From: Eledone cirrhosa
Lineage: Eukaryota
Length of the DNA stretch: 64,000 nucleotides
Direction of reading: 5' to 3'
Assembly: GCA_964016885.1 (NCBI GenBank)
Contig: OZ024756.1
Span: 17,236,001-17,300,000, forward strand
Positions 11,720 through 33,642 of this stretch are shown piece by piece; position 1 is the first letter of the stretch; every line of letters begins with the position of its first letter. A program made the position numbers and the translations under genes. The notes beneath the pieces were generated by a model that had not been told where the DNA came from, made no database searches, and worked only from the letters and a program-made list of their open reading frames with translations.

Positions 11720-13031
11720 CGAGGGGGGATCAAAAAGTTCGCGAAATTTTTCAGAAAATATTCTATTTTTCAAAAAATATGATTTGCCTTCAATTTATTT
11801 TTCTACATAGTTGCCATCCAGGTCAATACACTTGACAAGGCGATGCTTCCAGCTTCGTAAGCCGCCTCTAAAGAAAGTTGAAGGCCTTGTTCGAAGCCAT
11901 GTGTTGGCAGTGTTTTTAGCTTCTTCAACACCACTAAAACGGGTTCCTTTTAGCATTTCTTTGAGTTTTGGAAAGAGGAAAAAGTCTGATGGGGCTAAAT
12001 CTGGACTATAAGGCGGGTGAGGAAGCACTTCCCATCGAAATTCTCGAAGAACTTCTTTTGCAACCCACGCAGAATGCGCTGGTGCATTGTCATGGTGAAA
12101 CAAGATCCCACCATGAAGTTTCCCTTTTCGTTTCTTGACTAATGCCTCTTTCAGCTTCCTTAAAACATTTTCATAGTAAGCTCCTGTCACAGTTCTTTGA
12201 CCTTCAAGATAATCTATTAGTATCACCCCATCTGAATTCCAGAAAATGGTGGCCATCACTTTTTGATCCGACTTTTGAGATTTGAACTTGATTGGCCCCG
12301 ATGATCCATGTGGAAGCCACTGTTTTGACTGTTGTTTGGATTCAGCATCATACTGGTAGATCCAGGTTTCATCTCCGGTGATGATTCTGGTCAGGAAATG
12401 CTCTTCATCAACTTCAATTTTGTTTAATATCGCCAAAGACAGATCACTTCAAAGAATCAGTTGATCAGGGCGCAACGCTTTTGGGACCCATCGCGCTGAA
12501 AGCTTGCTTAGTCCCAAATTATCGTGCAGAATTGAATTTGCCGAACCATATGAAATGTCTAGGGACTTAGCTAACTGATTAACTGTTATTCTTCGATTTT
12601 CTTCAATTAAAGTCTGAGCAGCCTCAACGTTTTGGTCATGTTTTGATGTTCCTAGTCTTCCACTGTGATGGTCGTCTTCAAGGTCGTCTCTCCCTTGTTT
12701 GAATCGCTGAATCCATTTGTAGACAGCAGTTTTCTTTGGAGCAGTAGTACTGTAAACTTTAACTAAAGCCTCCATAATCTGTGTTCCAGTCCATTTGAGT
12801 TTCACCAGAAACTTGATATTCGATCTTATCTCAAAATAACTATTTTCCATTGTTCCAAAAAGAGGTTGTTTAAAGAGTGTCAGTACTGTACAATAGTCCA
12901 CGCATAACTGACTGCAAGTGACTAATAGCAAGGTAAACACCCAGTGACAATGTTCTGACATGTTTAATATTGTTTTAATCTATTTTTTTCTTACTACGAT
13001 AAAATTCTGCGAACTTTTTGATCCCCCCTCG
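11720..13031 (-). mobile_element. Full-length mariner transposon (1312 bp; Hsmar2/irritans-like termini)
   Basis: TIRs CGAGGGGGGATCAAAAAGTTCGC at both ends, flanked by TA TSDs (11718-19, 13032-33). Confidence 0.95.
11795..12850 (-). pseudogene. Mariner DD34D transposase with one in-frame stop
   Basis: MENSYFEIR...WVPKAL...TGDETW...HHDNAPAH...YSPDLAPSD. ORFs 12449-12961 and 11795-12436 are in the same frame, separated by a TGA at 12449-12451. Confidence 0.92.
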
Positions 13032-13869
13032 TATATATAGGTATTCTAGTAATCATTTTCTGTTACTTGAGTTTAAGGGTTTGAGTAATGTGGACCGAGG
13101 GCTGTCTCAGCATACAGTGGTTTGAAACTCAACATATGGGTTACTGTTAGAAGTCATTCTCAGAGTCATCCTCAATAATCCATAGAGTAATTACAATTAG
13201 ATGAAGATTTAAACAGATACTCTGTTCATTGTACAAGGGGATTTATTTCATAATATTTACATGTTTCATTAATATGTTAGGTAATGCATCTAGAAATCGC
13301 TAATCCCTATAATATATTGGGGACAATCGAATTCAAATATGGTAACATTTTTCTTCACATATCGAATTATCAAAACAGATTGACTTGGATGAAATTAGAA
13401 CTATATAAGAAGACTAGGGTGTCAATAGAAGAGGGAGCAGACATAAAAAAGAAAAGGAACAGACATGCATATACAAAAGATTCATAAGAATAATTAGTAG
13501 TTGATAATGTCTATTTGTGTCAGTTGAGTATTTCCAGTAGGTGTGACTATTCAATGCTAATGGAATTGGTTGCTGATTGGTTGAAAGTATTGACCAATGG
13601 CTATTTGTCCTGGCGTTCATTGATATGTCTCTGGCCTGGCCTATGATTTTTATGGCTGTGGATAGTTAATAGTTTTTTAGATAAGGAAGTTTATGTCTAT
13701 TCTGATAAGAATGCACTTAGTGTCTTTACACTGGTGCCAATGTGTACTTGAGGGATACTATAAGGAAATGATACTGTCGAGGAGAAAGGGTTTATATATG
13801 CTTAAATGGAATGGTTGGTGGATCAAATCTTATGCTAGTCTGGTTAGTAGGAGGAGAATGTATTTGAGA

Positions 13870-14132
13870 TTTTATGTCTGTCTACAGTTGAAAACATGTT
13901 CGACCCTGGTATTTAGTAGGTTTTCACCTGTAATTATGTAATACAACTCCAGATTGCATAAGTTGCAGATATTCGTATTTCGATTATATGTATTGGCGGT
14001 CCCCATTATAGACCAAGAAAGTTGGTATTTAGAATCACTATACTTTAATTCCCAGATTTTGCTAGCTAACATAGTTGAGTTTTTGAGTTTGTAATTCTTT
14101 ATGGAGTGTCTATGTACATACCAGCGTTTTGG
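13870..14132 (-). pseudogene. Penelope-like GIY-YIG C-terminal remnant (family 2)
   Basis: KRWYVHRHS...STMLASKIWELK...SWSI...CNLCNLELYYII, homologous to 16067-16381. Confidence 0.7.
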
Positions 14133-14140
14133 GGATAAAA

Positions 14141-15045
14141 AGGAGCCAGGGCTAAATGGACAAAGATTGTAGAAAATGATGTGAAATAGGAGCAAATTTT
14201 GGAATAAGATAAAAAGAATTAAGAAAAAGACCAATAAAATCGACTCATGGTATGATAGCAATACCAGAGTATAATGTTTGTCAATGCAACCCTCGGACTA
14301 GCTTACAGATTTAGAAGAGCAAACAAAAATTAAATAAGATAGTTGAAAGACCAGGTATTCCTATAAAAGCCCTAATTAGTAGAACATATCCTTTTCCAAA
14401 AAAACCCTGCACCGATAGGAAATGCATAGTCTGCAAATTAAGTCCACAAACTAACTGCAAAACTAGGAATGTAGTATATAGCATAAGATGTACTGAAGGA
14501 CATTGTAGGAATAGGAACACAACATACATAGGGGAGACAGCCTGTAGCATATGAGAAAGAATAAATGAACACTGGCGAGAACTCCAGGATGGGAAGAACT
14601 CATCAGTACTCCATCAACATGCCAAAATGGAACATGGGGGCACATTAGAGAACATAGAAGTAGAAATGATATCCACACACAGAAAAGACGCAATGTTCCA
14701 ACAGATTACAGAAGTGACAAACATAAATGAACTCCAACCAAAATTAAACAGAAAACACAAGTGGAATAACAACATCATAACTAGTAATTAAGGACAAAAT
14801 GGAGACATACATAGACACACAAAAACCGAACTAATAAAACAAACCATACACACACAGATAGAACAAACAACCAACTAGTGACAAATAAATAAATAAAAAC
14901 ACAGCCACCCAAATATAATGCATGTACAAACCAAGAATATAGCTCACAACACAAAAAACAAATGATGTAGGACAGAACAAAGGAGAGACACAAAATAAAA
15001 ACCTAGTCACTGAGGTAGTCACAAAATGTGTGACGAAAGAGCTTT
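14141..15045 (+). mobile_element. Old degraded copy of PLE family 1 (EN region, 3'UTR, decayed hammerhead)
   Basis: Colinear with 47478-48490 (GACTCATGGTATGATAGCAA, AACTAGGAATGTAGTATATAGCATAAGATGTACTGA). Ends AGTCACTGAGGTAGTCAC..GTGACGAAAG. Confidence 0.9.
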
Positions 15046-15221
15046 CACAAAATATAAACCATCCAGTTGTTGAAGCAACCTACCAGAAAATTGTAAATTG
15101 AAGTGAAAACCAACAGGTGCATGTGTTTTATTGGCAGCCTGACCCTCCAAAAGTATAAAAATGTCTGTTTCACACACACGTTTTCAGATAAGAAATCTTG
15201 CAAAACAAATTTTAAAAAAAG

Positions 15222-15256
<35 letters not shown>

Positions 15257-15553
15257 TATATATACACACACAAGAGCAAGAATGAGGGGCTCATTTTACT
15301 GACATGGCTTTAAAAATGAGGCTTGTTTGCATGATTGCAAACGATAAGGTATCCACTGGTGTGTTGGGGTCGGGGTCAAGATAGGAGCGTCCACGCTGTG
15401 GCCCAGGATCATTGATAAGATACTGCTACTCCTATCACCACCACCACAAGCCACAGTTATAAGTGTGGACACAATAAGAAGAACTGGAGTGTCAATATTA
15501 TAAAGAAGAGAGAAAGACGGTTTTAAATGTACATTTTCTGCTTATTATATAAT

Positions 15554-15624
15554 CCTGTTATATATATTTCGAAGACATCAAGGTGATTGCATAATAACCC
15601 TTGGACGTGTTCTCTTCAGGCAGG
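15554..15624 (-). ncRNA. Minimal type I hammerhead ribozyme at the PLE family 2 terminus
   Basis: Minus strand: CCTGc-CTGAAGA-GAA..CAAGG..CCTTG..TTC-GAAA-TATATA-TA^-aCAGG. Stem III is palindromic. Confidence 0.7.
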
Positions 15625-16059
15625 TGCAAAGTTGTGGTGTTTTTGTTTTTGATATGGTAATGGAGTTACGAGCATTGTGGTAGCAGTCTTCTCCAGTAGT
15701 CATAATATTTGGATGGCTATTATAGTAAGTATCTTGTTGAAATTCTTGCAATGGTAAGAAGGTTAAGGTATCAAATTTCCATATGGGTCAGTCTCTCCAG
15801 TTCATATATATTACAGAATTGGTTCAAATAATTTATTTGCTTATTTGTTTAATCTTAAGGTTACGTATTTATAATTCTGGGCTATGCGTTATTAGAGAAG
15901 GCGATTCATGTGTAACTATATAATGACACAATGAATGTATAAGTTTAATGATTATGTTAAAGTGTAGGTTGAGGTTAATGTATACAGAATATGCTAACTA
16001 AATAATCTTAGGAAGGTTTTAGATATTTTATGTATACAATTATTAAATAGGTCATAGCG

Positions 16060-16850
16060 TTGTTAATTATTTGGTTCTCCTATTAATAATGTAGAGTTCC
16101 AGTTGATTGCAGCCGTTTGAAAGAGATTCACTTACATAAGGAAGTGCTTTTGCGAGCGTGTACCAAGACAATGAGTATTGTACACGGTTCTGTTTTAGCC
16201 TCAATATGAGTTTGGATAGTGGTGTGCTTCGTCTTTTATCTATCCAGTTAAAGGAGTGGCGATGATTGTACCACCTATCCTTAAAACTAGTCGATGTTGC
16301 TCTTATGTAGTTATACATTTCGTACCTATTGGTAACTCTACATTCATATACTATGTTTCTATGGAGGCATTTATTCTGCATAGAGCAGTTGGCTGGAATC
16401 CTGCAGTTACAGTTGATATTGTTATTGTCGTGTGTTGTGTTTCAGTTATATCTGTCTGTCTGTTCCTCTATGTGCTTTGGGTTACTGGGGTTGTGCCTAT
16501 TCTGTGTATTATTCAGAGTCCTTACTAAGTTTCCATAACGTTCTGGTTTATTGATCCAAAGTGTGTGCATTTTCCTTACTTTCAATTTTCAAATATTTAT
16601 AGTTAATACTGGCTATGTTTTGGGCTAGCTTTTTGGTGGTAGAGTATGATAAATTTGTTGCGAATCTATTAAATATCCAGCGGCATCAATGTGATTTGGA
16701 GAAACATTTATCTAGTGCATTGAAATAAAGTTGGGCAATGCTGGTTTGTAGGCCAGAGGTGTTGAGTGGGTTATACCATAGGACAGAATGCAATCTGGGC
16801 TTGTTCCATTGAGGCCTGGTTTCATTGTATCTGTTTGGATCTAGCTGTTC
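16060..16850 (-). pseudogene. Degraded Penelope-like element (family 2), linker plus GIY-YIG
   Basis: VLWYNP..YFNALDKCF, then NIVYECRV..YI.AT.TSFKDRWYNHRHSF..STPLSK..LK..LSW. Confidence 0.75.
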
Positions 16851-17196
16851 ATATATATATATATATAAACATATACATAAGTATATATACATATACATAT
16901 ACACGCATATATGAATATATACATACACATAAGTATATATACATATATATATATACACGCATATATGTATATATATGAAGGGTAATCACCCAGAAACAGT
17001 GTCTGCAGTTCTGTTTACATGCCAACACAAGAGCAAGAACAAGGAGGTCATTCTACTGACATAACTTAAAAGAGGCTGTTTACATAATTGCAAATGAATC
17101 GAATATTATTATCAATCATCGAAAAACCCAGATTACATTTATTGTATTCAGCCATGTAAAGTGATAAACTATTTGTTAGTAATATATATATATATA

Positions 17197-17363
17197 CTAG
17201 CAGAATGGCCCGGCGTTGCTCGGGATTTGCTCTAGGGTTCTTATATATTTGATATATATTTATCCTTATCGAGCCTCATGAAATAAATACATTTATATCT
17301 TGTTATTGTGTATGCAAAAATATCTGTACACGAATATATAATTATATATATATATATATAGAT
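17197..17363 (+). mobile_element. Possible short Helitron/Helentron-derived element
   Basis: Starts ACTAGCAGAATGGCCCGGCGTTGCTCGGG (subterminal hairpin) and ends TATATATAGAT. Called from recalled terminal patterns only. Confidence 0.4.
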
Positions 17364-17483
17364 TAAAATAACAGATTAAAATTTAAGCAAAGAACCGCTG
17401 CTTTCACCCTTAACGGGATCTTTTGAAACTAAAAAAAATCATTCTGTGAACGCAAAAGTAAATATTTCGAAAAACGTTACACA

Positions 17484-27217
<9,734 letters not shown>

Positions 27218-27829
27218 ATGGTGGCTGCCAACTCGTTTTCGAGTACGGCCACTACTTTATATCCATGTAGGAGAACCCCTACCGATGCGCTGAACGCGTG
27301 TGACTTTTTAGTCCAGCCAGCGACTTGAAAACTCTCGTACAAACACTACACTTGTGACAATTACTGACACATAGTGCTGGGCCCATGGTACCATGTGACG
27401 ACAAGTGCAGAGAGATCTCCAGATATAAAGCAATGCCTGTGCCGTGAAGCTTTTATAGTGAGCAAAGGCACTGCACAAAGCCAGTCCCACTCTCTTAACC
27501 AAGATGATATTTACCAAAAAGAAGAACAAGTCAACATCATTGGATACCATCAGGGTTGCAGGTGTTATATCAGAGTTTTCCTTCTCCTAGAATTCTGCCT
27601 TGACAAAGGCTAAGGGGTCATCTCTCCCGGTGATTTTGGATGGCCATTGACTCTTAAGAGCTCCTTTGCCCTTTGACAGGTTTTGTTTTTAGTCCTGCAG
27701 GATGTCCAAAGTCACCCTCCTCACCAAGAAAACCTTGGTGGGTTGCCAGTTTAGTCGCCAACGACCCGACCATGGGACAGGTTGTACTGGGATACATGTT
27801 ACCAGTAGCACCAACTGGTGACCTGACAT
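27218..27829 (-). mobile_element. Non-coding, non-autonomous retroposon of about 610 bp (longest copy)
   Basis: Four copies (also 28339-28409, 37279-37530, 62285-62865) share one fixed end (..GAGTTGGCAGCCAC) and are variably truncated at the other. Contains the RTE-5'UTR-like CTAGGAGAAGGAAAACTCTGA. Confidence 0.8.
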
Positions 27830-27890
27830 AATAAATACATATACATATATATATACATACATATATACATACATATATATATATACATAC

Positions 27891-27921
<31 letters not shown>

Positions 27922-27925
27922 CATA

Positions 27926-28060
<135 letters not shown>

Positions 28061-28069
28061 CATATATAC

Positions 28070-28100
<31 letters not shown>

Positions 28101-28449
28101 CATATATACATATATATATATATACATATATACATATATATATATATACATATATATATATACATATATATATATACATATATATATATACATATACATA
28201 TACACATATACATATATATATATATACATATACATATATATATACACATATATATATATATACATATACATATATATATACACATATATATATACATATA
28301 CATGTATATATACACATATATATATACATACATATATAGTGGCTGCCAACTCGTTTTCGAGTACGGCCACTACTTTATATGTAGGAGAACCCCTACCGAT
28401 GCGCTGAACATATATATATACATACATATATACATACATATATATATAC

Positions 28450-28494
<45 letters not shown>

Positions 28495-28539
28495 TATATA
28501 CATATATACATACATATATACATATATATATACATACAT

Positions 28540-29160
28540 TGGTATGGTCACGTGATGCGCATGAAAGACGACAGCTGTATAAAAAAAGTGCAGGGCAATA
28601 AAGATAGACGGTAGCCACGGAGTAGGCAGACCTAGAAAAACCTGGGACGAGCTGATAAATTCCGACTTCACACGCTTACACCTCTCCAAGACAATGTCAC
28701 TGGACCGAGATCTTTGGCGGTACGCAGTAATAGAGAAGACCCGCCTTACCTGAATACAAAGTAAAACCTACTACAGTCAGTAGGCATCTCTAACAAAATA
28801 AATAATATACACACCCCCACCCCACCCCCACCCCCCACCCCATCCACACTGCCCCCTTCTACGTAAAGTTATGTTGGTGCCACACCATCCAGGCCGAAAC
28901 AAATTAGATCGTGTAGGTGTCACGACAAAAAAACACACAGTCCACGCTGTAATGTGGCCGTGTAGGCAACACGGTAAAAACCTCCCAGTCCCACACTGTA
29001 AATGTGGCTGGTGTTAGGAAGGGCATCCAGCTGTAGAAAACCCGCCAGACAGTCCTATGCGAGCAAGTCAACCACTCTTGCCTCAAGTGGGAAAACTCCC
29101 ATCCAAACCTATGCAAGCGTGGAACATGGACGTTAAACGATGATGATGATGATGATAATG

Positions 29161-29163
<3 letters not shown>
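28540..29163 (+). mobile_element. 5'-truncated RTE LINE (ORF end plus 3'UTR)
   Basis: [15 protein letters not shown]...GRPRKTWDELI, stop at about 28753, then a 3'UTR with a (GAT)n tail. Confidence 0.85.
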
Positions 29164-29228
<65 letters not shown>

Positions 29229-29244
29229 ATATGTATGTATATAT

Positions 29245-32012
29245 AAAAACCCGACAACCACCTGATCACCTATAGATCAGGGGAGCACTCTAGTCAGTTA
29301 GATTTTATCCTCATCAGAGGACGTGACAGATGGACGGTCGTAAACACAAAAGCCTTCCCTAGTGAGGAATGTACATCCCAACATAGCTTAGTTGTCAGCG
29401 ACCTCACGGTCAGAACTAGACGAGCCTGAAACAGAGGCCAACCTGGAGAAGAAAGATCTGGAAGCTGAAAGTCCCCTCAACCAGTAACAGATTTAAAGAT
29501 ATTTTACTCAACGCCTACGACAGTAAAGAAGAACAGATAGAGACATTTAACGTAGAAGAGAACTGGGAGTTCCTAAAAAATAACTTACTAGAGGCGACGG
29601 ATGAGGTTTGTGGCTGGAGTAAGACCTCAAGCAGGAGGAGAGTGACTTGGTGGTGGAACAATAAGGTAGATGAAGCAGTCAAGGCCAAGAGACAGGCATG
29701 GAAAGAATGGAAGAACGGGGGGAGCAGGGTACATTACATAGAGACCAAGAGGGAAGCTAGGCGACAAGTATACTTAGCTAGGAGGGAAGCAGAGGATAGA
29801 AAATTCAAGCATGTTTTACAACGTGAGGACCAGAAACAGGAGGTATTCAAGATTGCGAGGCAGTGTGTCAGAGATAGTTGTGATGTCATTGGAGAGAAGT
29901 GTATCCGGAATGATAAAGGTGAGCTTGCCCTCACAAGTGCTGAGAAGAAAGATGCATGGAAGAGTCATTATGATAGATTACTAAATGAGGAGAATGCATG
30001 GGAAGAAGAGACCCTACCCCACGTAGACCCTATAGAGGGACCAGCAGTACAAGTCAGCGGCAGCGTAGTAAGTAAGGCAATCAGAGATATGAAGATAGGG
30101 AAGGCAACCGGTCCATCGGGTATAGCTGCCGAGATGCTGAAGGCATCTGGGTCTGTAGGTCACACTATAACCACACGTATCGTTAACCAGGTAATACTAG
30201 AGGGGGCCATACCAAAAGATTGGTGCAGTAGCATCATTGTCAACTGCTACAAAGGTAAAGGCGATGCACTAGATAGAGGAAACTATAGAGGTATAAAGTT
30301 GATGGACCAGGTCATGAAAGTAACAGAAAGAGTTATAGCACAGCTGATTAGGGACCGGGTGAATATAGACGAGATGCAATTTGGGTTTGTTCCAGGGAAA
30401 GGCACCACTGATGCGCTCTTCCTTGTGAGGCAATTACAGGAAAAGTACCTAGCTAAAAGTAAGCCACTCTACTTGGCATTTGTCGACCTTGAGAAAGCCT
30501 TTGACAGAGTTCCACGTGCAGTAATCTGGTGGGCTCTTAGAAAACTAGGAGTAGATGAATGGCTTGTGAAAGCGGTACAAGCCATGTATAGGGGAGCAGT
30601 CAGCAAAGTTAGGATTGGCAATGAGTATAGCGAGGAATTTAGCGTACAGGTTGGGGTCCACCAGGGCTCTGTTCTTAGCCCTCTCCTGTTCATCATAGTC
30701 CTGCAGGCAATAACGGAGGAGTTTAAGACCGGATGCCCATGGGAACTCCTGTATGCTGATGACCTCGCACTCATAGCTGAATCTATGGTAGAACTAGAGA
30801 ATAAATTCCAAACCTGGAAGCAGGGACTAGAGAGAAAGGGCCTCAAAGTCAACATGACAAAGACTAAGGTCCTTATAAGTAGACGAGAAAACAGAACCCA
30901 GATCCCCTCAGGGAAATGGCCTTGCTCAGTATGTAGGAAAGGTGTAGGTAGGAACTCCATTCTTTGCCCCAAATGCAAACAATGGGTACACAAGAGATGT
31001 AGCGGGATCTCAGGAAGCTTAATTAAGAATGTAGGATTCACATGCAGCAGCTGTGCTGAAACAGCAAGCAAACAGCCACAGGAAACAAGTACCACCAATC
31101 TCTGGGAGGGCCCTGTAGAAACAGTAGACAGCTTCTGCTACCTAGGTGACCGAATTAGCAACGGAGGTGGGTGCTCAGAAAGTACAATAACTAGGGTAAG
31201 AACGGGATGGAAGAAGTTTAGGGAACTACTACCACTGCTAGCTGCAAAAGGCTTCTCCCTCAGAATGAAAGGCAGACTGTATGATGCGTGTATCCGAACA
31301 GCGATGTTGCATGGTAGTGAGACCTGGGCGCTGAAGGTGGAAGACTTACGTAGATTAGAGAGAAACGAAGCCTGCATGCTCCGATGGATGTGTAACAGTA
31401 ATATACGTGAACGACAAAGCATAAATGAATTGAGAGAGAGACTGAGCATAAGAGGAATCAAATGCTGCGTGCAGGAGAGGCGGTTACGCTGGTATGGACA
31501 TGTGATGCGTATGAAGGATGACAGCTGCATAAAAAGGTGCAGAGCACTAGAAGTTGATGGAAACCGCGGAGTGGGGAGACCCAAGATGACTTGGGATGAG
31601 GTGATAAAAGCCGACCTTACCCAACTACACCTCTCAAAGTCAATGACACACGACCGTGACTTCTGGCGTCACGCAGTAATACAGGGTACCCGACCTCCCA
31701 TGGGTACATGCTGAAGCATATAAACAATATGCCCCCCCCCCCCCCACCGCAAGGTGGTCGTGGAGGTGCCACGGCAAAAAAGCACCCAGCCCACACTGTA
31801 AAGTGGACGTGTAGGCGCCACGAAAAAGCACCCAGCACTCACTGTAAATGAGGTTGGTGTTAGGAAGGGCATCCAGCTGTAGAAATCAAGCCAGATCAGT
31901 TCCTGTATGAGCAAGGCATGGTCAGCCGACCAGACACTGCCCACAACAGGACAACCCGTCTAACCCATGCTAGCGTGGAAGAACGGACGTAAAACGGTGA
32001 TGATGATGATGA
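29245..32012 (+). mobile_element. 5'-truncated RTE-clade LINE
   Basis: End of an APE domain (SQLDFIL..SQHSLVVSDL), RT ORF, 3'UTR and (GAT)n tail. Confidence 0.93.
29642..31714 (+). CDS. RTE LINE reverse transcriptase (open 690-aa C-terminal part) with PHD-like finger
   Basis: [52 protein letters not shown]. The GTG start is not the true start. Confidence 0.93.
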   Translation: MTWWWNNKVDEAVKAKRQAWKEWKNGGSRVHYIETKREARRQVYLARREAEDRKFKHVLQREDQKQEVFKIARQCVRDSCDVIGEKCIRNDKGELALTSAEKKDAWKSHYDRLLNEENAWEEETLPHVDPIEGPAVQVSGSVVSKAIRDMKIGKATGPSGIAAEMLKASGSVGHTITTRIVNQVILEGAIPKDWCSSIIVNCYKGKGDALDRGNYRGIKLMDQVMKVTERVIAQLIRDRVNIDEMQFGFVPGKGTTDALFLVRQLQEKYLAKSKPLYLAFVDLEKAFDRVPRAVIWWALRKLGVDEWLVKAVQAMYRGAVSKVRIGNEYSEEFSVQVGVHQGSVLSPLLFIIVLQAITEEFKTGCPWELLYADDLALIAESMVELENKFQTWKQGLERKGLKVNMTKTKVLISRRENRTQIPSGKWPCSVCRKGVGRNSILCPKCKQWVHKRCSGISGSLIKNVGFTCSSCAETASKQPQETSTTNLWEGPVETVDSFCYLGDRISNGGGCSESTITRVRTGWKKFRELLPLLAAKGFSLRMKGRLYDACIRTAMLHGSETWALKVEDLRRLERNEACMLRWMCNSNIRERQSINELRERLSIRGIKCCVQERRLRWYGHVMRMKDDSCIKRCRALEVDGNRGVGRPKMTWDEVIKADLTQLHLSKSMTHDRDFWRHAVIQGTRPPMGTC

Positions 32013-32159
32013 TATGTATATATATTTATATATGTATACAAATGTATATATATATGTATATATATGTATATATATATATATGTATATATATGTATATATA
32101 TGTATATATATATATGTTAATATATGTATATATATATGTATATATATGTATATATATAT

Positions 32160-32512
32160 CTGGTGGGCTCTTAGAAAACTAGGTGTTGACGAATGGCTTG
32201 TGAGAGCTATACAAGCCATGTATAAAGAAACAGTCAGCAAGGTTAGAATTAACAACGAATATAGTGAAGAGTTTACCGTAAAAGTTGGTGTCCATCAGGG
32301 CTCTGTTCTTAGCCCCCTACTATTTATTATTGCCCTTCAGGCTATAACAGAGGAGTTCAAGACCAGCTGCCCATGGGAACTCCTATACGCAGATGATCTA
32401 ACGCTCATAGCTGAATCAATGACCGAGCTAGAGAAGAAATTCCAAACATGGAAGCACGGCCTAGAATCATAAGGCTTTAAAATTAACCTGGCTAAGACTA
32501 AAGTTCTAGTTT
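32160..32512 (+). pseudogene. RTE RT internal fragment
   Basis: [31 protein letters not shown], followed by a stop. Confidence 0.9.
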
Positions 32513-32828
32513 GTAAAGTTATGTTGGTGCCACAACATCCAGGCCGAAACAAATGGGATCGTGTAGGTGTCACGACAAAAAACACACAGTCCACGCTGTA
32601 ATGTGGCCGTGTAGGCAACACGGTAAAAACCTCCCAGCCCCATACTATAAATGTGGTTGGTGTTAGAAAGGGCATCCAGCCGTAGAAAACCCGCCAGACG
32701 GTCCACACTGTAATGTGGCCGTGTAGGCAACACGGTAAAAACCTCCCAGCCCCACACTGTAAATGTATTTGGTGTTAGGAAGGGCATCCAGCTGTAGAAA
32801 ACCCACCAGACAGTCCTATGCGAGCAAG
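32513..32828 (+). mobile_element. RTE 3'UTR fragment with internal duplication
   Basis: Near-identical to 28863-29066. Confidence 0.85.
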
Positions 32829-33050
32829 AGAATATATATGTATGTGTACCTGTATGCATATGTATGTATATATGTATATATATATATATATGTGCATGCT
32901 ACTGTACGTCTGTATACATATATGTATGTACGTATACATGCATACTTACATTTAAGTAAGTGCCATACTAAGAGTGAGAAATGAAATTTCGTTTTCATTT
33001 TGTTTCAATTTATCGTTTTCGGTATGCCTGACCGATTTAACTCACTCAAT

Positions 33051-33058
33051 ATGCAAAT
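33051..33058 (+). promoter_or_regulatory. Octamer motif ATGCAAAT in each repeat unit (also 33517, 33983)
   Basis: Exact octamer about 80 bp upstream of each HHR core. Function is inferred only. Confidence 0.45.
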
Positions 33059-33131
33059 TAGGCTGCTCAGCCGTTAATTTTCATAAGGAAAGTATATACT
33101 TTCGAACGTTCAACTATCTGGCAGATGGGTA

Positions 33132-33176
33132 AACGGTGCTGATGATAGCTAACAAGCTTGAAACTAGTACATCGTT
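33132..33176 (+). ncRNA. Type I minimal hammerhead ribozyme, unit 1
   Basis: AACGGTG-CTGATGA-tAGCT-aaca-AGCTt-GAAA-CTAG-TA^-CATCGTT: 7-bp stem I, exact core, palindromic stem III ACTAGT, GUA cleavage triplet. Confidence 0.85.
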
Positions 33177-33597
33177 CCTGTGTCAGTGTTGAACAAAAAG
33201 GTGACGTGGTTGCCTTAACACCGTATGGCATAAATTCAGGCTGTTCAGTTTGTTTACAAACGAACAAAGCGACGTTAGCGCCGCTAAACTGATACGTGCA
33301 TATATGTATGTGTATCTGTATGCATATGTATGTATATATGTATATATATATATATATGTGCATGCTACTGTACGTCTGTATACATATATGTATGTACGTA
33401 TACATGCATACTTACATTTAAGTAAGTGCCATACTAAGAGTGAGAAATGAAATTTCGTTTTCATTTTGTTTCAATTTATCGTTTTCGGTATGCCTGACCG
33501 ATTTAACTCACTCAATATGCAAATTAGGCTGCTCAGCCGTTAATTTTCATAAGGAAAGTATATACTTTCGAACGTTCAACTATCTGGCAGATGGGTA

Positions 33598-33642
33598 AAC
33601 GGTGCTGATGATAGCTAACAAGCTTGAAACTAGTACATCGTT
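33598..33642 (+). ncRNA. Type I minimal hammerhead ribozyme, unit 2
   Basis: Identical to unit 1. Confidence 0.85.

Noticed and set aside
12449-12451. In-frame TGA in the mariner transposase as possible selenocysteine or readthrough
   Set aside because: A CpG transition from an Arg codon is simpler, and no SECIS-like element is evident.
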